Origin: Octopus sinensis
Taxonomy: Eukaryota
Direction: 5' to 3'
Length of the DNA stretch: 64,000 nt
NCBI RefSeq assembly: GCF_006345805.1
Contig: NC_042999.1
Span: 164,548,001-164,612,000 of the forward strand
Below the pieces are notes generated by a model. The model did not search any database, was not told the DNA's origin, and saw nothing but the letters and a program-made list of their open reading frames with translations. This document shows positions 25,989 to 38,050 of the stretch, in pieces (position 1 is the first letter of the stretch; every line of letters begins with the position of its first letter). The translations under genes were made by a program, and so were the position numbers.

Positions 25989-26357
25989 TCTTTATATATA
26001 AAAGAGAGGTTGTGTGCTGTCTGTCTCCTATGATTTAGATTCCTAACTACTCCCACATTTTGCGGTGCAGTGTAACCAAAAGCGGGTAACTTATAGTCGT
26101 GATTCACATCGAGCCCTTCTGGGTATTAGCGCACGTCTACGATGAGTCTACGATTTAAAAAAAACTTTACTTTGCTATTATATAAGGGAAGTAACTCTCT
26201 AAAAATGTATTATTAAATCTCAGAACGTAAAAAGCTACAGTAACACCCCCCCTTTGTGGTTAGCCATATTGAGATGGCTATTATACTTTACATCTCTAAA
26301 AATGCTTATATAGTTATTTCCCTTACAAACCTGAGCAACGCCGGGCGATACTGCTAG
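25989..26357 (+). mobile_element. Non-autonomous Helitron (369 bp)
   Basis: 5' TC, 3' CTAG, inserted between A and T within (TA)n. Subterminal hairpin cc(t)gagcaacgccggg lies ~10 nt before CTAG. Confidence 0.85.
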
Positions 26358-26393
<36 letters not shown>

Positions 26394-26460
26394 TAGTGTG
26401 TGTGTATATATCTATTATTGTGAGTGTATGAGTATAGATATATATGTGTGTGTGTGCGTT

Positions 26461-26516
<56 letters not shown>

Positions 26517-27044
26517 ATCCATCCTACCACCTTCTATACAGCTTCTGTCTTCCTGATTTCACTCACAAAGTATCGGTTGACACAAAGTTATATAAAATGA
26601 CATTTACCAGAGATCCCATGCATTGAAACTTGGATCCTATAGTTGCTAAGTGAATTTCTTAACCAATCAGGAATACTGCACTCACTACCCACAACGCCAC
26701 CGCCCTACATATATTCATTTGCTTACTTTTTGAGAAATATGAAGAAAAGGAGGAGATGGTGCTGCCACCACCATCAGCATCACTAGCTGTAGCAGCATTA
26801 TTACTTATTGTTATTGATGTTATTATCTCAGAGAATTTGTAGCAAAGTACGGCAACTGTCAAAATACATCGCAAATCTAGTTTCATTCATTTTTGTCCAA
26901 TGTTGAAAATTTTATCAGTTTAGCTTCACCAAAATATGCATAAGTGACAGAAAATGTTGATTCACTAGATTTGTACCAATACTAATCATCACAATTATTA
27001 TCTGAATCCTCATTTGTCATCATCATCATCACCGTCAATATTAA

Positions 27045-27256
27045 CCCTTCAGCATTCAAACTGACCATATCCAGCCAAAATATTTTACCTATTTTATGTT
27101 CAATCTAACTAGATCAGACCATTTACACCTATCTTACAATGTCATTCTGAAACTAAACAATCAAAGTCTCAAAGCGACAATATAATGTATGATTAATTAG
27201 AAACAATGTGAATAAATAAGTATTATATTTGACAGAGAAATCTGAATCCTAAAGGG
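27045..27256. mobile_element. piggyBac-type MITE (212 bp)
   Basis: TTAA at both flanks (27041-44, 27257-60). TIRs cccttcagcattc / gaatcctaaaggg. Confidence 0.8.
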
Positions 27257-27369
27257 TTAATAGAGTAGCAGAAGGCTGAGTCAGCGTGTAACAGTTTGGT
27301 AAAATTGTTGATTGACTTCTTAATTTGGAGAGCTGTGTTCATTATCTTATACTGGAAATACTCATTGCA

Positions 27370-27585
27370 TTGGTTTCAAATATTGGCACAAGACTAGCAA
27401 TTTCGGTGGAGGGGATAAGTTGATTACATTGACCTCAGTGTGCAACTGGTACTTCTTTTATCAAACCCAAAAGGATGAAAAGTAAAGTATACCCTGGTGG
27501 CATTTAAATTCAGAATGTAAAGTCAGAAGAAATACTGCTAAGCATTTTGTCTGGCATGGTAATGGTTCTGTCAGTTAATTACCTT
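27370..27585 (-). mobile_element. tRNA-derived SINE family C
   Basis: Reverse complement of the 11028-type sequence. Confidence 0.75.
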
Positions 27586-27628
27586 TAAAATACTCCTAAT
27601 TATTAATGTGAGATATTGAGCATATGTA

Positions 27629-28894
27629 TCAGGTCATCCCATAAGTTCTGTCCAATTTTACCTTAGTTAAAATTGAATGAAATTTAATAGTATTTTAGAA
27701 TGTCTAATGGAATTAAAAATTATTTTCATGCATTTGTGTACATTCAAACTAATTAAATATTATTTTACAGAATAATAGAATTAAACTTTCTTTGATTAAA
27801 ACCCTTTCTAACATGGAAGTATCCAAAGAGTATTTGAGGCACATAATGCTTTATGAGTACAAAAAAGGAAACTCTGCAGCCGAAGCGACTCGAAGCATAC
27901 ACTCAGTTTATGGGAAAGAATGCTTGAATGAAAGAACTTGCAGAAGATGGTTTGCAAAATTCAGAAGTGGAGATTTCACCCTTGAAGATGAAGATCAAAC
28001 AGGATGTCCAGTTGAGTTTGATGATAAGCTCCTTGAAGCATTACTTGAACAAAATCCTGCATTATCAGTTGAAGAATTGGCAATAAAGCTTAGTTCAAAC
28101 CATATAACTGTTCATCGTCATTTTCAACAACTTGGAAAGGTTCCTAAACTTGAAGAATAGGTGCCTCATGAATTGTCTGAAAGCAACCGCAAATCCTGAG
28201 TTGACATCTGCTCTTCTCTCCATTCTCGCGAACTCATTTCACCATTTTTGGATAGACTTGTAACTGGTGATAAAAAATGGATCTTCTATCGAAATGTTAA
28301 ACATCGTAAACAGTGGCTTGGTAAAAGGGAAAAAGCTCAACCACAACCGAGAAGGGAACTTCCTAGACAAAAGGTTCTTGTCTCTATCTAGTGGGATTGC
28401 AAAAGAGTAATTCGCTTTGAATTGTTACCACCAAATGCAACAATTAATGCTCAAGTCTACTGTCAGCAATTAGAGCGTTTGAACCAAGCTTTGAAGAAAA
28501 AAAGACCCACTTTAGTGAATCGAAAAGGAGTGATGTTTCATCAGGACAATGCGCGACCCCACACTGCAAAGATCACATCACAGAAAATCGAAGAGCTTGG
28601 GTGAGAAAAAAATCCTCATCCACCTTATTCTCCCGACCTTGTTTCGTAGTTTACAGAATCATTTGGGGGATAAAACTTTCGCAAGCCAGGAGGAGGTCGA
28701 AACCAACATTTCAGAGTTCTTCCCTTTGAAACCAAAAGAGTTACATTGATGGGATTAAAAAGCTTGTAAATAGATGGAAGGAAGTCATAGATAATCAGGG
28801 AAAGTACATTGATGATTAAATTTCAATTAAATATAACATTTGATCACTTATTTTCTTTATTCAAAATTCAGACAAAACTTACGGAGTGACCTAA
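27629..28894 (+). mobile_element. Full-length defective mariner (DD34D) element, 1266 bp
   Basis: TA TSDs and ~30-bp TIRs (tcaggtcatcccataagttctgtcc / gacaaaacttacggagtgacctaa). Transposase from ~27812 (MEVSKEYLRHIMLYEY..) with *VPHEL, VTGDKKW, FHQDNARPH and PPYSPDL. In-frame stops, and a deletion removes the APSD segment with the third catalytic Asp. Confidence 0.95.
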
Positions 28895-29789
28895 TACATT
28901 GTCACATATGTCACATGCAAGTTAGAATTCAATAAAGTGTTAGCTGAGTACAGCTATTTCTGCTATAAGATGCAACACACTACATCCCATAGCAGAAACA
29001 ACTGTAAGCTAATGAAGTTCATTATGTAATTTCCTGTTCCTCTGTCATTTATTTAATTTCATATTACACACACACACACACATATATATATGTATGTATG
29101 TATATGAATAAATGTATGTATACATACAATACACGTACATAATAGATAAACTTATAAATGTAAGCACATATATTTATATATATATATATCTATAAAACTG
29201 CATATGTATTTGTGCTTTTGTTTTGTTTTGTTTCTTTCTTTGCATCCTCATATCAATCAGTTCCTGTCTCGTTTTATATCTGTTGGACAAAAACCAGGAT
29301 AACTAATTGTGAAAATAACAGATAAAATGTATATAAAAAAAAAGAAAAAAAAAGAAAGCTGCCAAACAAACTTGTCTAACCATGAAACTGGAGACTGTAA
29401 ACATTGACTTCTTATTGAGAACTGCGATAAAGTTAACAGATCAAACACCAACCGCGGAACACAATCAAACTGACATAACTGTCAGCAATTATTTATTGAT
29501 TATTGGCTAAAATAATACATTAATGAATTTATATGAATGTTGAATGTATCAATAACTAAAACTTTCAGATTTGAATACAGTAGGTCGTTGTTGTCTAGTT
29601 CTACGCTGGCATTAACTGATTAGAACTGTAAACAAAGGCATTGCTGGTATGACCACCTGTCTTTCTGCTGGCCAGTCTACATTTAGGACCACATCCTCAC
29701 ATAATTTAATAGGCTTCTCCCTTTTTCCAGACAGTAGGCATCCTTTGAAGAAAGTTTGGCTCTGTTTATAGAAGGTTGAGTGTAATCAT

Positions 29790-30090
29790 CTATCTTTTAC
29801 TTGTTTCAGTCATTAGACTGTGGCCATGCTGGGGCATCACCTTGAAGAATTTTTAGTCAAATGAATCAACCCTCGTACTTATTTTTCTTAAAACCAAGCA
29901 CTTTATTGGTTTCTTTTGCTGAACCGCAAAATTACAGGGACATAAACACACCAACACCAATTGTCAGGTGGTGGTGACAGAAACACACGCAAAACAAGTT
30001 TCTTTCAGTTTTTGTCTACCAAATCCACTCACCAGGCTTTAGTTGGCCTGAGGCTATAGTAGAAGACACTTGCCACATAGCCACACCTGT
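29790..30090 (-). mobile_element. tRNA-derived SINE family B
   Basis: ttttacttgtttcagtcattagactgtggccatgctgg...ccaaatccactcac..ggctatagtagaagacacttg. Confidence 0.8.
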
Positions 30091-30479
30091 GCCTATAATG
30101 CTAACATTTCTAAAGTAACATGTTATGTCAGCATCAAAATGTTGACACTTTACAGCTTGCTTGTATGATAATGTTCACATCATAAAAAGGTTGGCCAGCC
30201 TGTTGATGTTAAACATTTCATATAGTTTTAGAGATATTGACACTGTACAGTTTCCCAGTCTGGTGATGCTGCTGCATGCCGGCTGAGAAGTGTTAACACT
30301 GTATAGCATATTGACCTAAACTTGCTGACATTATAAAAGGGTGGGCTAAAAGTCATGCACAGAATAAGTTCAATATGATCTGGAATTGTCAAAGACATGC
30401 TTCAATTTTTCTACAATTAAATAAAATAATGGTCAATACACACATACTTGCATATGATGAACAAAATGAATAATAATCC

Positions 30480-30690
30480 TTTCTACTATTGGCACAGGGG
30501 CTTAAATTTTGGGGGGAGGGGGATAGTTGATTATAGTGGCCCTAGTGCTCAACTGGTACTTATTTCATCGACCCAGAAATGATGAAAGGCAAAGTTGATT
30601 TGAGCGGAATTTGAACTTGGAATGTAAAAACACGAAATGCTGCCAAGCATTTTGCCCAGTGTGCTAACAATTCTGCCAGTTCAACGTAAT
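30480..30690 (-). mobile_element. tRNA-derived SINE family C
   Basis: ttctactattggcacagg..caactggtacttatttcatcgaccc..gaaaggcaaagttga..gaatttgaac. Confidence 0.85.
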
Positions 30691-31262
30691 ATAAATAAAA
30701 CTTCAAAACCTTTGGTGCATGACTTTTAGCCCACCTTGTACAACTGAAGTGATTGGTAAGGATGATATTAGATACTAACTTAGAAAGTTGATTGTATAGC
30801 TTACACACCATGTATAGCGACATGCTGGTTGAAAGACGAACATCTGAACATTTACAGTTCAAATCACCATCCTCTTCCTCCTCCTCCTCCTTATCAATTT
30901 AATGTCCACTTTTCCATGTCTGCATGGGTTGAATAGATTTTACTGAGGCAAATTTTTTCTATAGCCAGATGTTGTTAACCCTCACCTATTTCCAAGCAAG
31001 GTAATATTTCCCCCTGGCCAGACATGGTCTTGCAAAATATTGAAAAGGAATGACACTACTTGTATGACAGAGACAATAATTTACAACTATCACAAGATAC
31101 GGAGATACAAACACATACATATACATCTATATCAGTCTGTCTGCCTGTCTATTTGTCAGACAGGTGCGATCACAATTGTCTGATGAACAGTAACATGAAA
31201 CTCTGAGCAACAGCTTGTGAAGCTTTTTCAGCGTCCATCCGTCCATCCATATATATGTATGC

Positions 31263-31294
<32 letters not shown>

Positions 31295-32364
31295 GTGCTC
31301 ACGACAGGCTTCTTTCAATTTCCATCTACCAAATCTACTCACAAAACTTTGGCCAGTCTACAGCTGTAATAGAATACACTTGCCCAGGGTGCCACATAGT
31401 GGGACTGAACTCAGGACCATGTGGTTGGGAAACAACCTTCATACCAGACAGCCATACATGTGCCTGTACTACACCTGTACCCATCAGATTGAATATGACT
31501 GATAACTTATAGTTTTTTCATTTGTATGGCTTAGTCTGACATGAAAAGGCAGTACCAAAGAAACTTTTATACAAGAATTTCTGAGACTCAAAAAAGAAAC
31601 ATCTTGATATCCGCAGATGAGGCAGCTGATCTGAATGGTTGCAATGGAGTGAATTTAGCAGTAAAACAAACGAAGGACCACGTGATTTTAAGTTCACCAC
31701 CCACGAAACAGTACAAGTCGTGATTGGTTTTATCATAGTTTCCATCCACTGAATTTTACTGAAACAGCATGGACTCACCTGAAACTGCAGTAGATGACAT
31801 TTATTAAAGGTACAGTGCGGTGGAATCAATTTCCAAATTAGGTGATTATGAAGCAAGCCTCTTAAACACATGTTAATGCTTACAGTGTACAGCTCTCAAG
31901 TAATGCTGTCATTGTATGACTTACATGCTTGGTAATATTGATGTTACAAAGCTGGTGAGTAACGCTGAAATTCAACAGCTTACATGTTATGAAATGCTAA
32001 CATTCAAAACTTTACACATCATGAAATGCTAACATTCAACAGCTTAAAGCAATGCTGTAGATTCACATAGTAGAGGTGGCAGAGACACTTGAGAGCTGTT
32101 TGCTTAGTTTAATTCTTCCAGGTTCTCAATTCAGTTCAAAGCACAGGCTTAGTTGTGTGGTTAGGGAGTTTGTTTCACAAGTGCTGATTTCCAATTTGAA
32201 TCCCACAATGTAAGACTTAGGAACGAGTGTCTTTAACCATAGCTATGGACTGAGCAAAAAATAGCATGTCAGGGAAATTTCATAGATGAAAATTTTGCAA
32301 ATAAACTATTTCATATATATTTATGTATCAGCATATCTGTCTGCCTGCCTGCTTCTCTCTCTCT

Positions 32365-32406
<42 letters not shown>

Positions 32407-32894
32407 ACAGATATCATTTTGCTTCAGCATAGTATTAGAACTCAGTATACATATGCTTCAGTCAAGTACAAAGCAGTAATAAGGAATTGGAATGACAAAG
32501 GAATAAACAATTATGTTATGAACTTCATTGGCTTACAGTTGTTTCTGTTATAAACTGCAATGGACTTATAGTTGAATGCTTGTATCACCCTATAACTTCA
32601 TCGGAGTTTCAAATATGAAATGCAATTTTATTTGTGAAAGCATTTACATTCATATATTTACACACACACACACACAAACAAAAGCTTACCAACGGAAAAA
32701 GTATAATGTATGTTTGTATGTATTTGTGATATTAAATAAAATAATGCTTGGTTTGTTTTTTTCATCCCTCATTAGTGATAGTAATATGCCAAGACCAATC
32801 CAATTCACAACATATCATCACTGGTGCCATACAGCATATATATATATATATATATATGTCTGTAAAAAACACATCTGAAAGCAGAAGCTTAGCA

Positions 32895-33093
32895 GTATAT
32901 ATTATAAATGGGGCAGGCCGGTTTATGGGATTACCTTATGTTTCCTGTCCTTAAAAAGGATTTAGCTCTATGGCGTATTGTCAAATCCCAAAACCTGTTG
33001 GCCCAATATTTTAAAGGTTTTTGGGCCAACAGGTTTTGGGATCTGATGATAGGAGACCTAAGGTAATCCCATAAACTGACCTTCCCAATTTTA

Positions 33094-33100
<7 letters not shown>
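32895..33100. repeat. Fold-back element with nested inverted repeats
   Basis: Outer arms ggccggtttatgggattacctta (32916-32938) / taaggtaatcccataaactgacc (33059-33081). Inner arms of 26 bp at 32981-33006 / 33021-33046 with 1 mismatch and a 14-nt loop. Confidence 0.9.
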
Positions 33101-33144
<44 letters not shown>

Positions 33145-33265
33145 GCTAATCTCACATATTTTATAGTGATAATGCTGATCCCACATTGCCTATAAGAGTG
33201 GAAATAATGATGTCTGGTAACGATAATTTCACACATATCATGCATCTGGTGATGGTCACATCATA

Positions 33266-33308
<43 letters not shown>

Positions 33309-33825
33309 TCTGGTAATGCTTGTTGCTCAAAGCATATGTGTCAAGTAATGCTCTCAAGTGTTATAAGATGTTTACTTCCAGTTTTTGATAACCTGGTTCC
33401 ACTGCAGCAAATATCCTTTTACATCTAAATACAACTGGAAATTTACCCCAGTGTTTAATTAGAGAAATAATTAGTTTTTGGAAACCACTGACTGTAATTT
33501 TTATTCCTTTTAGACTCCAGTATTATTTGTACAGCCTTCAAAGCCACCAGCATGTATACATATATAGGCTTCCTTATTACCACCATTCAAACATAATAAT
33601 CTTCAATAACATAAGGCATACAGTTTACCACTATTTTTTCTACCACTAACAGTCAATCATCATCATCATCATCATCATTAACGTCCGCTTTCCATGCTAG
33701 CATGGGTGGACGGTTCAACTGGGGTCTGGGGAGCCCGAAGCTGCACCAGTCCAGTCAGATCTGGCAGTGTTTCTACAGCTGGATGCCCTTCCTAACGCCA
33801 ACCACTCCGAGAGTGTAGTGGGTGA

Positions 33826-34200
33826 TTTTTAGTGCCACCGACACAGGTGCCAGACGAGGCTGGCAAACGGCCACGCTCGGATGGTGTTTTTTATTTGCCA
33901 CCGACACAGGTGCCAGACGAGGCTGGCAGACGGCCACGCTCGGATGGTGTTTTTTATGTGCCACCGACACAGGTGCCAGACGAGGCTGGCAGACGGCCAC
34001 GCTCGGATGGTGTTTTTTATGTGCCACCGACACAGGTGCCAGACGAGGCTGGCAGACGGCCACGCTCGGATGGTGTTTTTATGTGCCCCGACACAGGTGC
34101 CAGACGAGGCTGGCAGACGGCCACGCTCGGATGGTGTTTTTATGTGCCACTGACACAGGTGCCAGATGAGGCTGGCAAACGGCCACGATCGGATGGTGCT
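33826..34200. repeat. ~63-bp minisatellite, 6 copies
   Basis: Unit ttttatgtgccaccgacacaggtgccagacgaggctggcagacggccacgctcggatggtg recurs at ~33834, 33897, 33960, 34023, 34084 and 34146. Confidence 0.95.
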
Positions 34201-35642
34201 GTTTACGTGCCCACAGCACGGAGGCCAGTCGATGCGGTACTGGCTACGGCCACGTTCGGATGGTTTTCTTATGTGCACGTGCCACCGGCACTGGTACCAC
34301 AAAGATACAAATTCATTGATGTTCATCTATTTTGATTTGTTTTGATTTGATTTTCACTTGCCTCAACAGGTCTTCACAAGTGTCACAAGAAGGAAGGTGC
34401 ACAGGTGGACTGACTACGTCCCAGGTAGGGGCCATGGGTTATGGCCTGACTAGTCTTGCCGGGTCTTCGGATGGTGTTTTTATGTGCCACCACACAGGTG
34501 CTAGATGAGGCTGGCGAACGGCCACGATCAGATGGTGTTTGTCATGTGCCCACCGCACTGACTAAGGCACTGATGGATTCTTGTGTGCCACAGGCACTGG
34601 TACCACAAGATACAAATTCCATTGATGTTCATCTATTTTGTCTATTTTGATTTGATTTGATTTGACTTTCACTTGCCTCAACCGGTCTTCACAAGTGTCA
34701 CAAGAAGGAAGGTATGCACAGGTGGACTGACTAGTCTTGCCGGGTCTTCGGAAGGTGTTTTATGTGCCACCGACACAGGTGCCAGATGAGCTGGCGAACG
34801 GCCATGATCGGATGGTGGTTTGTTACGTGCCCACAGCACGGAGGCCGGTCGATGCGGAACTGGCTACGGCCACGTTCGGATGGTTCTCATGTGTGCCACC
34901 GGCACTGGTACCACAAAGATACAGATTCCATTGATGTTCATCTATTTTGATTGTTTTGATTTGATTTTCACTTGCCTCAACAGGTCTTCACAAGTGTCAC
35001 AAGAAGGAAGGTATGCACAGGTGGACTGACTACGTCCCAGGTAGGGGCCATGGGTTATGGCCTGACTAGTCTTGCCGGGTCTTCGGATGGTGTTTTTATG
35101 TGCCACCGACGATGGATTCTTGTGTGCCACCGGCACTGGTACCACAGGCGGTACTGACTACGGCCACGTTCGGATGGATTCTTGTGTGCCACTGGCACTG
35201 GTACCACAAGGATACAAATTCCATTGATGTTCATCTATTTTGATTTGTTTTGATTTGATTTGATTTTCACTTGCCTCAGCAGGTCTTCACAAGTCGGAAG
35301 GTATGTACAGGTGGACTGACTACGTCCCAGGTAGGGCCCACGGGTTATGACCTGACAGTCTTGCCGGGTCTTCGGATGGTGTTTTTATGTGCCACCATGT
35401 TCCCACAGCACGGAGGCCAGTCGATGCGGTACTGGCTACGGCCACGTTCGGATGGTTTTCTTGTGTGCCACAGGCACTGGTACCACGAAGATACAAATTC
35501 CATTGATGTTCATCTATTTTGATTGATTTTCACTTGCCTCAGCAGGTCTTCACAAGTGTCACAAGAAGGAAGGTATGCACAGGTGGATCGACTACGTCCC
35601 AGGTAGGGGCCACGGGATATGGCCTGACTAGTCTGCCGGGTC
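34200..35642. repeat. ~270-335-bp higher-order tandem repeat, 5 copies
   Basis: gataca[a/g]attc(c)attgatgttcatctattttg recurs at ~34305, 34609, 34918, 35211 and 35490. Confidence 0.93.
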
Positions 35643-35852
35643 CTCTCATGCACAGCACACTTCCATAGGACTCGGTCTTCAGTCATTTCCTTGGTGAGAC
35701 CTAAAGTTCGAAGGTCGTGCTTCACCACCTCGTCCCAGGTTTTCCTGGGTCTACCTCTTCCACAGGTTCCCTCAACTGCTAGGGTGTAGCACTTTTGCAC
35801 ACAACTATCTTCAGCCATTCTCATTAAATTTAATTCCATGTTTGTTGTCTTA

Positions 35853-36360
35853 ACTTTTACTTGTTTCAGTCATTACACTCTCTTACTCTTTTACTTGTTT
35901 CAGTCATTTGACTGCGGCCATGCTGGAGCTCTGCCTTTAGTCGAGCAAATCAACCCCGGGACTTATTCTTTGTGAGCCCAGTACTTATTCTATCGGTCTC
36001 TTTTGCCAAACTGCTAAGTGATGGAGACGTAAACACACCCAGCATCGGTTGTCAAGCAATGCTAGAGGGACAAACACAGACACAAAAATATACACACACA
36101 TACATACATATATATATATATATATTACATATACATATATATATACATATATATATATATACATATATACATATATATACATATATATATATATATACAT
36201 ATATACAACAGGCTTCTTTCAGTTTCCGTCTACCAAATCCACTCACAAGGCTTTGGCCAGCCCAAGGCTATAGCAGAAGATACGTGCCAAGATGCCACGC
36301 AGTGGGACTGAACCCGGAACCATGTGGTGGTTAGCAAGCTACTTACCACACAGCCACTCC
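35853..36360 (-). mobile_element. tRNA-derived SINE family B, full length, young
   Basis: Head (minus strand) ggagtggctgtgtggtaag..gggttcagtccc with Pol III A/B-box-like motifs, internal (TA/CA)n, and a duplicated tail ttttacttgtttcagtcatt. Confidence 0.92.
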
Positions 36361-36399
36361 TCCTTCACACTGTGAAGAATATTAGTCATACTTCTCAAC

Positions 36400-36700
36400 C
36401 CCAGTACTTTTTATTTTGTAAAGTTTGGTACTTATTCTTTGTTTTTTTTTTTTTTTTTTTTTTTTTTTTTGTTGTTGCCAACTGCTGAATTACAAGGATG
36501 TAAAAAGAACACTTGTAGTAGGAGACAAACACATACACACATCAGGCTTCTTTCAGATTCCATCTATCAAATCTACTCACAAAGCTTTGGTTAGCCTGCG
36601 GCTTAAGTAGAAGATACCTGCGCAAGGTGCCATGCAGCGGAACTGAACCTGGAACCATGTGGTTGGAAAGCATACTTCTTAGCAGACAGCCATACCTGCG
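36400..36700 (-). mobile_element. tRNA-derived SINE family B, diverged
   Basis: ggcttctttcag..caaatctactcacaaagctttgg..aaggtgccatgcagcggaactgaacc. Confidence 0.75.
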
Positions 36701-37207
36701 CCAATATTGTATGTATTATTATTATACTGCTCCCTTCTCTGATATTCACTATTGCTGGATCATGCAGTATATTCTCATAACAAATATTTTTCCCAATATT
36801 TGAAACAGCTCTTATTTTGAAAATTACATATATATAAATTTATAAACTGTTAAGTATTTGCAAGTGAAGGTCTTAAAAATGTTGGATGCAAGAGGATAGA
36901 CAGCTTGTTCATCATTTCAGCTCCAGTAGTTGCAAGGGAAAAAAAATTTAATCAGGAATATAAATAGATTTTTAATGAATCAGTAGATAATTAGGTACAA
37001 GTACTACACTTTCTTTTTAATTGATACAAAGTAGTAATGGACAGAATTAGCAAAGAATTTTAAATACTGTTAGAAAGTTGAAAGAATTAGAGTAGATATG
37101 AAGGATAAAAATCAAAATTTTCACACAAGGATTAAATAATGATAATTACAGAGATGTACATGCATAGCAAGTGACCTAATCTGAGAGCGTGTGCTGGAAT
37201 GAAAACA

Positions 37208-37393
37208 ATTGCAGCGTGGAAGGTGTTTATAAGCCATTTAAGAAACACAAAATTCGTTAGAATTTTGTCAGTGAACAGGTCGCGGTCTCAGCGCAACAAA
37301 AATATTTTGACAAATTAAATTTAAATGTTGAAGTGAATCTAACAGATTTTGTGTGTTTCTTAAATGGCTTATAAACACCTTCCACACTGCAAT
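37208..37393. repeat. 41-bp inverted repeat (40/41 match) around a ~104-nt spacer
   Basis: attgcagcgtggaaggtgtttataagccatttaagaaacac (37208-37248) vs gtgtttcttaaatggcttataaacaccttccacactgcaat (37353-37393). Partial pairing continues inward (gttaga / tctaac). Confidence 0.95.
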
Positions 37394-37394
37394 A

Positions 37395-38050
37395 ATAATA
37401 ATCTTTTCTAGTATAGGCACAAGGCCTGAAATTTTGGGGGAGGGGCAAGTTGATTACATTGATCCCAGTGCATAACTGGTACTTATTTCATTGACCCCCA
37501 AAAGGATGAAAGGTAAAGTTGACCTCAGAGGAAAGGTAAAGTTGACCTCAGAGGTAAAGTTGACCTCAGAGCAGCAGATGAAATACCACTAAGCATGTTA
37601 ACGATTCTGCTAGCTCGCTGCCTTCAATAATAATAATAATGATAATGATAATAGTTTCAAATTTTGGCACAAGGCCAGCAGTTTTGAGGGAGGGGCTAAA
37701 TTAATTAATTAAATCCCAGCGTTCAATTGGTACATATTTTATTAACTCCGAAAGGATGAAAGACAAAGTCAACCTCAAAATGTAAAGACAGACAAAATCC
37801 TGGGAAGCATCTTGCCTGGTGTCCTAATGATTGTGCCAGCTCACTGCCTTCATAATAATAATAATAATAATAATATAATAATAATACACTCTCTTGACCT
37901 TGTAATCAAGGTAACTAAAACCATTATAATTTCCAAGTCAATTACATCATTCTCAGTGCTCAACAGGAACTTATTTCATCAATGCCAAAAGGATGAAAGG
38001 TAAAATCGACCTCAACAGAAATTGAACTCAGAAGAAATGCCACTAATTAT
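37395..38050 (-). mobile_element. Cluster of 3 family-C SINE copies or fragments separated by (AAT)n
   Basis: Repeated aaggatgaaag(g/a)(t/c)aaagt and ctggtacttattt motifs. A 23-bp internal triplication lies at 37508-37571. Confidence 0.8.

Larger units (their letters stand above)
33655..35822 (-). mobile_element. 5'-truncated RTE-clade LINE (ORF C-terminus plus tandemly expanded 3' UTR and (GAT)n tail)
   Basis: ORF 35510-35839 gives RMAEDSCVQKC..VEGTCGRGRPRKTWDEVVKHDLRTLGLT, a typical RTE C-terminus. The family-A terminus and tail lie at 33655-33830. Confidence 0.9.

Noticed and set aside
28150-28610. Several mariner stops falling at Trp codons (TGG to TAG/TGA), hinting at targeted G-to-A editing
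   Set aside because: TGG is one transition away from two stop codons, so this is the expected neutral decay pattern.
31770-31870. Strong minus-strand donor (cag|gtgagt at ~31776-31784) as a possible extra PKC exon
   Set aside because: No upstream frame resembles any PKC segment and there is no clear acceptor. Such hexamers are common.
33826-35642. CRISPR-like repeat/spacer appearance and overlapping repetitive ORFs (33773-34335)
   Set aside because: The would-be spacers are homologous to each other, there are no cas genes, the context is eukaryotic, and the array is continuous with an RTE ORF and tail. The ORFs are a by-product of a 63-bp (multiple of 3) unit.
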